This document shows, one piece after another, positions 27,453-40,673 of a DNA stretch of 64,000 bases. The translations under genes and the position numbers were made by a program. Under the pieces are notes generated by a model that ran no database searches, had not been told where the DNA came from, and saw only the letters and a program-made list of their open reading frames with translations. Within the stretch, counting starts at the first letter, position 1. Every line of letters begins with the position of its first letter. Source of the DNA: Auanema rhodensis (Eukaryota > Animalia > Nematoda); the NCBI GenBank assembly GCA_964057225.1, contig OZ059896.1, positions 16,926,001-16,990,000 of the forward strand, in the 5' to 3' direction.

Positions 27453-30400
27453 TTAGCAGTATAATGCAAGATATGGCACTTTGTGTCTCCAATCTGTTGG
27501 ATGTCCTCGCATATTCCAGCCAAGAAGTTGTAACTCTGCCTATAAAATCATTATCATCATCGGAATGGATAACTTGTTTAGCTTACCGAATTTGCGGTGA
27601 ATACATCTTCATCTGATAATTCAGGTACTGTATGAAGATTGATTTGACCATCACAAGACGTCGTAGAGTGATCCTTCTAAACATTTTCATTAAGTTGGTC
27701 AAGTTTTCTATTATTGATCTTTGCACGGTCAAGTAGAAGTGTTTTGATGTGAGTGACCGGATGAATCAAAAATTAATTTAAGATGAAGCATATGACGCTT
27801 ACCATTGTACACTTCATAGAACAAGCAAGACGTCTTCCCTCTTCTAGAATAGAAACAAAAATTCGAACTCCATTTTTATGAAGAGTTGGGTTTGGTGCCT
27901 AGAAAATGAAAAAAGGTTGATTTTTATATTTTTCTGCTGAAAACATTCGTACTTTGATGTATAAAATATTTGGATCATATGCAGATAAAGCAATCCGAAC
28001 AGGTTGATTCCAAATTGGAGCAACATTGCTTTCAACTTCTACCTAAGAATATCTTGGTTTAGATTTAGTATTATTTAATTTTTATATTATAAATCTTATT
28101 CTTTGTTTCTTTTTAACTCAAAACATTTATTGAATACATTCTATTTACCTCTAATCCTTGATGATCTTTTCGATGAAACGCGACACGTAGCCAGACACTT
28201 TCGTCTAATGATGGCAATTCTTTAGTTCTTTCAGCTAATGCCGATATCATAGCTGATGTTACCATCTAAAAATTTGAAAAAGAAAGAAAAATAAAATATA
28301 TTTCTCATGTTGTAATAGTTAGTCTAATGATATTAATGATCAGAGATCATACCTTTCTTGAACATGCAAAGACCATATATGGAGCTGCTACAACAATGTC
28401 TCGAGGATGAACGGATAAATCAACATCCAAATATCTAAGATATTATTTTTATTTATGAATATGTTTTAATTAATAAATTATTTACTTTCGAGAATTAAAT
28501 GAATGAGTATAAGCTATAGGAGAAGAAGATTCCGATCGATACCCAATCAGCAAAGTTGGCTGACAAACCTGAATATTAGAATTGTTTAAAAGCATTTTCT
28601 TCATAGTTGTAAGCTTAATTCATCAAAATTGATGAAAATATGTTTAATATACCTGATGACGTTCAACAGTACTGTTATAACAATAGGATTGACAATATCT
28701 TCCATCCTGATCACGAGCTTCAAGCTGAACTTCTTGAACCATGCCAGCTTTAGGCTTTGGTAACGGTAAATACATAGTTCCCTGAATTCATTAATAAAAA
28801 TAATAAAACGTTTATTAGAAAGTATTGACAAGTAGAAACTTACAGAAATTTCAGGAAATGATACTTTATCATCTTGAAATACAGTTCGATTTGTTCTTGT
28901 TTGTAAATTAAAAATAGTAATTTGAGCATTACTCGATTGAATTCCTATAATTAATTTTATATTTTATTATAAATTATAAAAAACATTATAATACCATTTC
29001 CATCTTTATCAATTAAAAATGTTTTCGTCCATACAGAATCTAATGGAGATACAGGTGTCTGTTCTGTTGTTCGTAATTTCATAGAATTACGTAAACGAGG
29101 TGGTATCATACATATTCCCTTTAATATTGTTTTTATTAAATTAACTAATGATTAATGATAATACTTGCTGACAAACGGAGTTAAAACAGATAGGTTGACC
29201 TTCATATCCAGTGCAATTACCTCCTAACACAACCTGAAATCGTTTTGTGTGACAGTGACTTGGAGAGTTAACGAATCATACTTTACTTCGACAACGCCAT
29301 CTAGAAACATCACACCAATAGTAGGGTGAATCACAATTTTCTCGGTCAGGAGTACAATGACGAACTTTCTCGTATTCATACCTTAATAATCAATAATTAA
29401 TTTAATTTGATAACAATGATTTGAAGAAATAATCATTTTGAAAGTAAAAGTTATATCTGATTAAACTTCATCAGATGTAACTTACCATTCATCTGTATAA
29501 CGATTACTTAAACCATCTCGATTTTGAATTCTAAATGGTTTCATTTGAACATCAAATGAATGCAATTGATTACAAACATCCTAAAAAGAAAAAAAATATA
29601 ATTAATTCAAGAAAAATTATTACTTTAGCCCATTGAGTTTCTCTTTCAGTTCTAGTTTGTTGTTTTTGTCGAAATTGCTCCCATAAATAGTCAATAAAAG
29701 CATGATGCATATAAAACATTGGATCATTTGGACTAACTCTAAAGTTGAAAATATTTTCAAATTCTATAAGCATTTACGAAAGTTTTATACAAACCTTATA
29801 ACAAACATGAATCCACCAACCCATACATGGCTTAATCCGTGAATACTTTCAAAGGTTTTATCGTGACAGAATGTTAAATCTCTTGAAAAAAAAAGTTGTA
29901 AAAGGTGAAAAAAAATAAAATATTGAATGAAAACGAATTACTTGAAGTGTTTCCGCGATGTAATCCAATCTGCATCTGTTGGAGTCATCAAACGATCCTG
30001 AGGTCGTCCACCGGTTGATCTGCAATTTTAGGATTATGTTCAAATAAAAACGAGAATTAACAAATAAAAACACCTGTACAGCTTTTTTACTGGTATTTGG
30101 CTTAAGGGCATAAATACGTTAGTGTCCCAATCCTTGAAAGGTCCGGTTTTCACGTAGCCATTACCATTACCAAGAAGTTCATCCGTAAATAGGACGGTGT
30201 CAGAAGAATCTGGTAAACCTGAACAGTTGTATGTTTCATACAATACTTCTAGAAGCTCATCTAACCTTCGTCGAGAGTTGAATCCCAATAAGGCAGACTG
30301 ACTGATGGATTTTCCTGTTGCAATGCAATTTCAAATTGCCTTAAAAATTCTCGATGCCAAGGTAGAAAAGCGGCTCCCCAATGAGCACCTAATAAATGAC

Positions 30401-31504
30401 ATTATAGTTTTATAATGTTTAAGCTTTCTAATAAGATGTTTTGATAAACTTCTGGTTTTTAATCTTTTACTGAGCTATAACTATTATGTTGATGAAGTTT
30501 TTCTTAACATATTGATTGGATAATCACAAGAATATCGTTCATTTCATCACCAAATTCAGTTTTCCGGATTCTCAAAGAAACACATGTTCATCAGCAACGT
30601 CATGTTCAGACAACGCTATTCTGACTCATCATTCTACTGTTTGAATCCATAATCGTTTTCTCCAAACTAGTTGTTGAACATAATCATCCCATCTTCGTCA
30701 TCAGAATGATTATCAAAGAAAAAACATCAAAACTGACGAGGTAACATCTATTTCCTTAAGCAATTTCTAGGTTGCTATTCAATCCCTCACTCTCCCCAGT
30801 TATTGCATTTACCGAGTTTCTCTTTTTTCCTTTCACTTTTACAATTTGAAAAGGAACAAACATGTATATTACCTGGCGCACTATCTGGATAGTGAACAAG
30901 AGTATGAAGATCCCAAGCAGTTATATTATCAATCATCCGCATCTTCAGAGCATTCATTGCACCAACCAGAGCATCACGTTCAGATTTGCTCAACATTCGA
31001 ATCTCTTTACGTATGGACTTATCAGTTGCTCGTTTCTGAAATTCGATTAGAAATAACATATTTGATCATCATGGATGACATATATCATTTTATTTCTTGT
31101 TTTAAGAAATTCCATAACTCATTTTTTTAAATTTTCATCCGAAAAAACGTGAAAAACTTACACGCCGTCGTGCTTCCTTGACACAATTAGTTCGCGTACA
31201 TTTTTCAATGCTAGACAAATAGCTACGCTGTCTATCTTGAAAAATAATTTTTAACGCAAAATTATAAAAATTTCAAGAACTTACGTGATGTTGATTCCCA
31301 AGTTTTGAGGTTAGAATCACGTTCCTTCAACCAATGTTTACGATGATCACATACGAAATCCATTTGTTGAGCTGTGAGAAATCCATTGTCAGGCGGCCGA
31401 TTGCAATCGTCATTCTGATGAGCTTCAGAATCAGATGAGGAATGCAGAAAGGATTCGGAATATTTAGTAAATAGTAATAACAAAAACAAATAATTGACGA
31501 CCAT
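27453..31504 (-). CDS. Secreted tyrosinase (type-3 dicopper oxidase), multi-exon
   Basis: Signal peptide [18 protein letters not shown]; [11 protein letters not shown] motif; CuA region [29 protein letters not shown]; LPYWDSTLD; CuB region [15 protein letters not shown]...[23 protein letters not shown]; Cys-rich region followed by a C-terminal domain ending [14 protein letters not shown] at 27453. No ShK domains recognised. Confidence 0.93.
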
Positions 31505-31876
31505 TATGACATTTGCGAGAAATAATACCTAATGTCTAGAAGAAATAGTTTTCTTGAGAACTCTGAATAGAAGAATATATAGTAGATGATTGAAATATAA
31601 AACTTTTAAAAAGAAATTATGACAAATATAACGACAATAAGCTATTTAGCTGTAGATATACGAAGAAATAGATACATGCTATTGAACAAAGCAGCTTCAA
31701 TCTTCAATTAAAAAAAAAGGAGTTGTGTGGGGCTTGTCTATGAATGGACAAGAACAGAACATCTGCAAATGAGAATCAGGACGATGTTCATCTTGAAAAA
31801 AGGTGAAATGAGATACATAGAATCATGATTTGGCAAGGTTATCGCTTTGAAAACAGAAAAGGGATAAGAGAGAGAC

Positions 31877-31911
<35 letters not shown>

Positions 31912-34900
31912 GTATATATATATATATAAAGAATTTGGGTAAAGCAGGCTGTTAATAGAAAGTAGAAGTGTGAGATGAAATACAGAGAATGAATAGAGAA
32001 AATTGAAAACGACCTTAAAGATTAGCAAAAGTTCAAAAGATGTTTCAAAAATATAGTATAAACCTAAAAAAATGTTAAATTTGAATATATGAAGTGTCGA
32101 AGAAGACGACAAAAAAAAGAAATAATAAACTCGTAAAACTTATTGATATGACATTTATCATATAATCATACATGTGGGTTTTACACGGCCGTCTCACCAT
32201 CACCAATGTCATTCTTTAGATTCAGAATGCCCATGGAGAAAAGGACAATACCGACGACTGAGTGATAATGTGAAATGCCAATACCAACATCATCATCGTA
32301 TATAATCGGTTTACACGAGAAAAGGAAAAAGGACAACGACAAAGAGGAAAGGATGGTTGATGATGATCAAGCCATTGCTAAACAGCTTTCAAGACTATTC
32401 AAGGAGAATCGAACAATGTACCTATCGGCCAATAAATGTCTGTAACTATATGATATATACTATATGTATATTCATGGATGTAATAGGAAAAACGAGAGGT
32501 AAGAAATTAGGCGGAAGAAACATCACTTTCTCTCTTCTTGTTTCTTATTAACAGGCTAATTTTGGACTTTTTTTTTACTTTGATCAGAAATGGGTGCGGT
32601 TCGTTGTAACTGTTTGTCGTTGTCGGTGTCGTTGTCATAGTCGACCACCACTCGTCGTTGTCGTCGTCGTTTGAGCCGATATCAGACAACGTTATGGGTG
32701 GAGTACGTAGACAACTGTTACGTCGCCGGAGGCTACACAAGCCGAACAAGATTACGAAATGAAATCATTTCGTCCACACCTATACTGTGCTTTCATCAAC
32801 CGCCATCGTCGGCACTGCTTGTGTGATGGACAAGAAGATCATGATCTACCTCATGGAAGACAAGAAGAAAAGCATAAACAACATAAATCATAAGATACAT
32901 GTTATAAACATATGTCAAATACATTTAATAAAGAGGATATCAACATGGACAAACACAAAAAAATGAAAAAGTTGGTAACGTTGCTGAATGACAATGAAGC
33001 CTGTTTATCAACAGTATGTCATATGGATCGCGAAGGTCACCCTACAAACATCACAGAGAAAAAGGAAATCACCCAAGAATTACAAAAATGTTCGAATGAG
33101 ACACATGTATTGTATTGGAAATGCTGATTGAAAATGGGTTTTATTTTTCAAATTTCAATCTTGTCCATCATTCCATTCTTACAATTTCTCCTCCCACCTT
33201 CAGACCATCAGAAGTTAACGAGAAAGAGGAGGCGTGATTGGTAGTGTATGCATGCATGCATGAATGCTACTGCGTTATGACAAGGTACATTGGAGAAACA
33301 TGACACATCAATGCATGCCAAGAACAAATCTGAATTCATTTCCGTAATTGTTTTCTGATGGAAAAAACGAATCCCGTCTTCATTTGCTTTCTTCCACTTG
33401 TCCTGTCTTTCACAACTCCCTATCGAGAATTTCCTCCATTTCGTTTTTCCTTTGCCTTTTTCGAAACGAGTTCTAGGCATTCCAGCTGTATATGGTGGAC
33501 ACTGACTTCCATAAACGTAAAAAAACGTTAACACGAATCTTGTGATTGAATTTGACGGCTTTTTTAAGCGAAAAATCAAAATATTTTTCTATAATACAAT
33601 CATTTATACATGTAATACATGTATAAATGATCTTCATTTTTACATATATTGACGTTCAAAGTTCACGTCATTCACGTAAAAGTAATTAGGTCATTTATCT
33701 GTTACGAGAAAGCATGAATGGTTGTTCTGTTGTATTTGTTAATTTTTAAAAGTTACATCATTCACCTATATGTACGTTTATATGTTTTTATACATTTAAG
33801 TGAATAATTAATTAAAAATATAAGAATATTAGTAAGGTTTAATTAATTATATAAATTTAAATATTAAAGATATATTAATATATAAATGATTCTTTTGTAA
33901 TAAAAATTTATATATTAATTTCATTTTTTTTATCATTTTTACTTCTAATATAATATAATAATAAGTAATTAATAAACAAATAGTATTGTTGTTACTGAAA
34001 CTTGTCATTAAAAACAGGCTATCTATACATACCATTTTATTTCATTAATATATAAATAATAAAAACCATATAATTTGTATTATTACATGTATATTGTAAA
34101 AATTTAAATTTATAATAGTATTATATATTATAATATATTTTAATCTTAAAAAAGTTATAATTAATTATTTTCTACTAAAATATCAAACATCTGCAAAAAA
34201 TATATGGGGAATACCCCCCCCCCTTTCATCTTCACCCCTCATGTTATATAAGAAGATGATAAGTTAAAGTATTAACAGATCAGCTTTTTTTCATTACGTC
34301 TGTTCTTTTTATGTATTCTAATAGTCATTAAGAAAAAAAACCTGCTTATTTGATGTTAAGGCCATGCAAAATCCAGTAAATCCAATCATACTTTGACCAT
34401 AGAGTGTCAGAAAATGGTTTTAATCAATCTTGCTTTTTCATCTTCTATAAGCTTCAAGTTGAAAATACAGATATATGTATATGTATTATATATATTTATA
34501 TTTATTTATATAATATATAAATACATTATATATTAACTTAAACTAGTAGATAACTAGCAGAATCAATGGATATATCAAAACAAGTATTTGATAAATTGCA
34601 GTAATATTCTTTGGATTTCATCTCGTTTTTTAATTTTTCAATCAAAATGTTTGTTGAAATGACATGAAATTGAATGGACAAGTTAGTAAATATGCCCTAA
34701 ATCTTTCATTTTTGAGCTCTTCCGGCGTTTTTTCCAAAGCACATCATGTAGTTACATACGTGCACATGATGATGAATGTCCAAAAAGCTAAATATAGATA
34801 CGAGAAAGCTTGTTCATGAGATATATGCAGTTTGGAAAGAGCAAACATAAAGTATAATCTGCAAAAGCATAGATAGTCTTAATTATATTATTTTTTTATA

Positions 34901-35350
34901 TTTTTTAAAATTAAAATTGTTAAAAAAAGGAAATAAAAATAAATATATATTCATTATTAATTTGATTATTATCTAGAATAGTTAATAGACGGCTTTGTAC
35001 ATCTTAGAAGAAAAAAATAATTGAAAAATCAAAACTCAGATCAGATTTGAACTACTGTCATTCCGAATTTAAAAAATTTAATTTCAAAATAAAACAATAA
35101 ACTAAAACTTTTTTCATAATATAATAATAAAAAAGTTTGTAATAATTATAATAATGTCAATAAAACCATATAATTCAAACATCATTCGTAAACGGAAATG
35201 ATTGAGATATTAGCTTTTTTAACATTGATGAAGCTTGTTCAAAAATTTGCAAAGGATTACATGAAAAGTTGTAGATTTAAAACAAATAACTCAAATTAAT
35301 ATAAAAGGATTGAGAGATGATAGATCCTCACTTTATACTCACAATCCGAA

Positions 35351-37036
35351 ATGAAAACTTTCATTTCCGGTGGATTTTTGTTCCTCATATTTAACATATA
35401 TCAGGTATTTACTTATATTTTCTAAATGAGTTTTGAATTGTAACTAATATTTTAGGTTGAAGCATGTTGCAGAGAAGGTGGTTTATGGTCTGAATGGACA
35501 GGTAACGAAGTAAGCGATTGCCCTGAAACATGTGGAGGTATTTGAGTGCATGTGATTGTTTATTTAAATTATTTTAAATATTTCAGCATTTGGAACATAT
35601 AAGAGAACTAGAATTTGTTTATCCGAAGATAATGAATGTCCATGCATGTAATTATCAATATTTATTATAATCTATAGGATAAAATATATTTTTTGTAGAG
35701 GAGAAGATGAAGAAGAAGCTGTATGTGATCGTACTCCATGCAATTATCCAAGAATGTTAACCTGTGCAACAGGATTCTCTCTTGGATTATACAATCAGAA
35801 ACCAGCATGTATTAAGCCGGTATGTTTTTTAAAATTGATTTCAAAGAAACAACAAAATTACAGAATGAAGTAGCACCTGTAGCTGTTGTTGCTCCATCTC
35901 TATGCTCTGAGTGTTGTCCAGATAACGGTGAAAATGCTCAAATTAGTAAAATATTCTTAATGTATTATCTGTAGGTATTTGGAGTGAGTGGGTAGGTCAG
36001 GGTATCTGCAGTGCAACATGTGGATCATGTGGAGTTCTAACTCGAACAAGAAAATGCTTATCCGAGTCATACAACTGTCCTTGTGTGTAAGTGTTTACTA
36101 CAAAAAAATTATTGACAACATATTCTGTATTAAGCGGACCAACTGAAGACAAATTTCCATGCAACAGTAAGGCTTGTGTTAACACAACTCAGATCTGTTG
36201 TGATGGATTTGGTTTACAATATAGCGAAAAGAGTGGAGTTTACGAATGCTTAGCAGTAACACCTGTGATAGAGAAACAAATCAAAGTTTCTGGTTGCTGT
36301 GATCCAGGTTTTCGCTACTAGAGATTTGCGTAGATTCATAGAAAATATGATTGCAGAAGGTCTCGGTTTATGGAATAGCTGGAGTGAGTGGTCATTGTGC
36401 TCAGCCAGTTGTGGAATGTGTGGTATCCGTGTACGATCCAGAACTTGTGCCAGTCAAATGCATGGATGTGCTTGCGTGTATGTATCTTATCAAAGTCGTT
36501 TGCATAAGCTGATTAACCGGCTATTTCGCTTTCAGTGGTGAAAATAAGGAGCAGAAGCTGTGCGGATCTAGTCAGTGTCAGTCCGGTGATACATGCTGTA
36601 CACCAGCTACTGCTGCTTTTGGCTTTGATGGATCAAAGATCTGTACCTTGAAGCCAGAAGCTCTCCCTATACCAACAACAACACCAACTAGTATAACTAC
36701 AAAGGCCATAATAGGCAGTTGGTCAGCATGGGTAGAAGTTGCTGGAGCGACATGCAGCGACACTTGCGGATCTTGTGGGAAAATAGCAGCTAAAAGAACT
36801 TGTCTTCCTGCAGGAGCTACATGCAGGTATGTTTCAACAGCTTAAAACATACAACAATTGGGAAGAAGCCAAGAAACTGAATTTATTATTTCAGTGGGTC
36901 ATCTTCCGGAACCATTATATGTGCTACACAAGTTTGTGCCTTCCCCCGACCAACATGCTGTTCAGGCTTCAAAAAGTCTTTCAACGAAATAGTTCGAGCA
37001 TTTATCTGTGTTTTGGACAATGTGCAAACAAATTAA
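35351..37036 (+). CDS. Secreted thrombospondin type-1 (TSP1) repeat protein, 4 repeats
   Basis: Signal peptide MKTFISGGFLFLIFNIYQVEA; four WSxW...CSxTCG.CG...R.R.C units (GLWSEWTG, GIWSEWVGQGICSATCGSCG, LWNSWSEWSLCSASCGMCG, GSWSAWVEVAGATCSDTCGSCG); short GT-AG introns; ends ...DNVQTN-TAA. Confidence 0.88.
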
Positions 37037-37315
37037 GGAAAATCAAACAGTAGTTCGAATCTCGTGTATTTTTTTTTGAAAAAATGAGTGAAAACTCTGA
37101 TAACAATGTGTTTTCTTTCGAAAAAAAATAGCGTTAATGACATCACTACACAAGTATTTTAATAAATCGTTGATGTTCTTATAATTATTATTTATTATTA
37201 TAAATATGAATACAATTAAATAAATATATACAAAACAAAAATAAAATTAATTAAAAACATTGAATAAAGAATATTCAGTTAATTTTGATTTTAATTATGT
37301 ATATTATCCGATATT

Positions 37316-37909
37316 TTAATAAAATACTGGAAATTTAACCATTTCTGTTGGATAACATTCTTCTGTTACACAGATATGTTTATCAGGACAGAGTTCATTA
37401 ACACATGGACCAATAGCAGTTGATCCTTCGATTTTACGATCTAAATGATTGTGTTTTTTGATGTTTTTGATCAAATATTATAGAATTTCATTCAAAAGTT
37501 GTAATAATATTCGTTAAAGAAGATATTTTACCTGGAGGACGGATGCACTCATTTTCATGGCAACTATGGTTTTCAGGACATTTATTGTCGATACATGGGC
37601 CAACACGAAGCACTGAAAGATGATTTATTTGTTAAAAAATAATTATGAATTACACAAAAAAATTTTTAATAAACTATCAAAATCTCACTCTTTTTCATAT
37701 CAGGACGGCAAGTTAAGTTCTCACAAAAAAATGCTTCAGGACATTTTCCGGCAATGCATGGTCCTATTGCCAGCATATTCTTATAATCTAGAGTATATCT
37801 ATTAGAAGCATAAAATTATTGTATACTTACATAAATCTGGCTTGATTCCATATGATCGTATAGATTGAATAAAGATTAGAACGAACCAAACGAACCACAG
37901 CTTGAGCAT
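37316..37909 (-). CDS. Small secreted protein with three nematode CC-type 4-Cys domains
   Basis: MLKLWFVWFVLIFIQSIRS signal peptide, then one domain per exon: AIGPCIAGKCPEAFFCENLTC, VGPCIDNKCPENHSCHENEC, AIGPCVNELCPDKHICVTEEC; all introns phase 1. Confidence 0.8.
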
Positions 37910-38998
37910 TCTTGAAATGACCACGACGAAGTTGAGCTGAGGTGGGCTGAACAGAGATAGGCGAACATATTTTCGATTCTTATTTACTCTAACATCTCGT
38001 CATTTATTTGTTAGTCACATAGTGGCTATTTCAGGATTTAAGAAAAAAATATTGTTTAAGAATTAGTTTGAATTTGAAATGCTGCAGCGACTAATCTCCT
38101 ATAATAAAACATTACAGGATGTCACGAGACTGACTGTAGCAACATCTCTTCATTTCTAAAGCACATAGCACATCAGCTCACACCCACATAACACATCAGA
38201 TGATCATTTTCAATACTGACCTGTAGCCCACACAAAAAATTTATCTTAAAGTTCACAGAGAATTGGCTTTTGGTATGTGAGTCATTCATTTCTTCTTGTT
38301 CCGGAACTATACTTAATATATTTTCCCTTCTACTTTTGGGAATTTCAATGGAAAGAGAGATTAAAAGAGAATAAAATAGATGGAGAGAAAGAGAATTAGT
38401 AAAGATTGGAATTCAATCATCCATATCCGATAACTTTTACTTTTATTTTACTATAGGAAGTATGCTAAAGTAGGTAAGATAATTGACATATTTTCGGCTT
38501 TAATTACAAATAGAAAAGATATTTTTATACTTATCTTAACTATTCACATCACATTTATTTATACATTAATGTTTATTTTATAACTTTATATTTTCTTTCA
38601 TCTTACTCTCATTTTATTTATTAATTTAGTTTTATTTAAGCCGACATTATCTTAACTATTTGTAATATACATGACATTCATACAAAGTATTCAATTAAAC
38701 ATCTGAATTTGAATATATAAAAAGAGATTTTTATGTATTTTCATATTTTATAAAAAGGTAAAACAATTCAGAGAGAAAGAGAGAGAAATTAGAGAAAATA
38801 ATGAATAGAACTGTTATATTCTGAGTCATTCATTGCGAGGGGGAAATTGCTTCCTAAACCATCCGATGAGATACTTTTTCTATTTTGTTATCATTTTGTT
38901 TAATTTAACAAGACAAATACACAAAAAAATACATTCTTTATTCTCTTCATTTGTTCTAAGAAATGAGATGATTCGTTTGTATTACATCAATAGCCTTT

Positions 38999-39711
38999 TT
39001 AATATCCACTAGCTTGTACAGAAGACTGCACAGAAGCAGTATTTTGTTGGACAGCATCAGCTGGTTGTTCAGCCATGTTATTCTGAATGGGCTGAGCTCC
39101 TCCTCCAACTGGTGTTACCTGCTCATCTCCATATTGATTGTTACGCTTACGTCTGTAAACATATCAGATGTATTTGTTATTATGAAGTGGGTTTTGAATA
39201 AGAAGATGTTGAACTAGATTCGTACCTGTATCCACTATGCGATACATCAGCATGGCTCATTGGAGATTGTTGAACAGCTTCTGGTGATTGCTCAACAGCA
39301 TTACTGAAAATCATGAGTGTGAAATATAAATTTGAAACCAGCAAAAAAACAAAATGTAGCAAATAGTCTATGTAATTTCTTACTCGACGTAAGTCTGAGC
39401 TCCGCCACCAGCTGGAACAACTAACTCGTCTCCGTAAGCATTTCGTCGACGACGACGATATCCACTGGCAACACTCTTAGCACTAGATCCTGCAGTCTGA
39501 CTAACGGAGCCACTGTCTTGTTCGGGAGCGGTGTTAGCTTGAAGGTCAGAAGCACCACCTACCTCAGGAACAACTTGTTCATCTCCATAGCTATTTGAGC
39601 TTTTAGCTTTAAAGAGAATTATATAATATATAAATATATATTAAGAAAAGTTATACCTTCTAATAATATAACAAATAGTAAAGAAATAGTGATTGAATAC
39701 AAAAACTTCAT
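38999..39711 (-). CDS. Small epicuticlin-like secreted protein (3 YGDE...SGY units separated by polybasic sites)
   Basis: Four exons: MKFLYSITISLLFVILLEA-KSSNSYGDEQVVP...SGY-RRRRR-NAYGDELVVP...SGY-RRKR-NNQYGDEQVTP...ASGY-TAA. Confidence 0.85.
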
Positions 39712-39765
39712 GTTTAACTAGAGTTATAAAGAAAGGATTTTTGAAAATATCATACAAACATTTCG

Positions 39766-39774
39766 TTTTATATA
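39766..39774 (-). promoter_or_regulatory. TATA box of the small epicuticlin-like gene
   Basis: TATATAAAA on the - strand ~55 nt upstream of the ATG. Confidence 0.55.
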
Positions 39775-40627
39775 CTGAAATGATGAAGAAGAAGTGGAAC
39801 CAGTTCTTCTAAGGTTAATAAGACCTCAACAAGCGTCACACCTGTAAATGAGGTACGGAACAATCGTTAAGTACTGTTGGTGGTTAATTTGTTTTTTTTT
39901 TCTCTCTTTCACTCATCATTCATTCTATTCTAACCATTATTATTATTATTATTATATTTATAGTTACTATTATTATTGTTAGTTCAGTTCGACAATCTAA
40001 TAGTACATTACTTCATCTTTACCTTCTTTACATGCCGCATTCACTTCCTCGTTCTCGTTCTTTCCGCTCTCTTCATCACACATCTCTTCTATCTTCTCTA
40101 ACCTCTCCTCAAACACTAAACGAAATAAATATAAAAATAATATTATGATGATGATGATGTCATCTAATTTTGCATACCTGCTTCCGCTGAGGAAAAAGCT
40201 GCTTCAACTATCGGGTTTATGCGTCATCATATAACAATAACAAAAAAAAAACATCAAATTCTCTATATTTTCCTCATGTCCTTGTATTAACAACAAGTTA
40301 AAAATAAATAAAAAAACTTTTTGTTTTCTTTCTGTCAATTCATAAGAAATGAATTTAAAACAACAAAACTAATATCATCATGATGATTATCACAGTGTAT
40401 TATCATACATAATACAATCAAACTTTAATAATTTATATATTAAAGTTCATTGTTATTTGCATATTTAGCAGAATTTTCTATTCTTTAGCATATTTTTCAT
40501 TTTCCTACAAACTTATCAATCATTTTAAAAAACAATGAAGACCTAATAGTTAAGCTACGAACCAGTAGACGGTTTTTCTTTTGTATATCGCGCTGCAATT
40601 CCTGTTCTTTTTCTCATTCAACGGTCA

Positions 40628-40661
40628 TATATAAGGATATATAAGACAAAATAAGATCAGT
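40628..40661 (+). promoter_or_regulatory. Tandem TATA boxes plus initiator-like TCAGT of the large epicuticlin-like gene
   Basis: TATATAAG at 40628 and 40638; TCAGT at 40657, ~29 nt downstream of the first box; ATG at 40674. Confidence 0.6.
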
Positions 40662-40673
40662 ATCATCGCAGCA

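Noticed and set aside
32507-32880. GC-richer island with an 80-aa ORF upstream of the tyrosinase
   Set aside because: GAC/AAC low-complexity sequence with no ATG-initiated or well-spliced frame; more likely regulatory.
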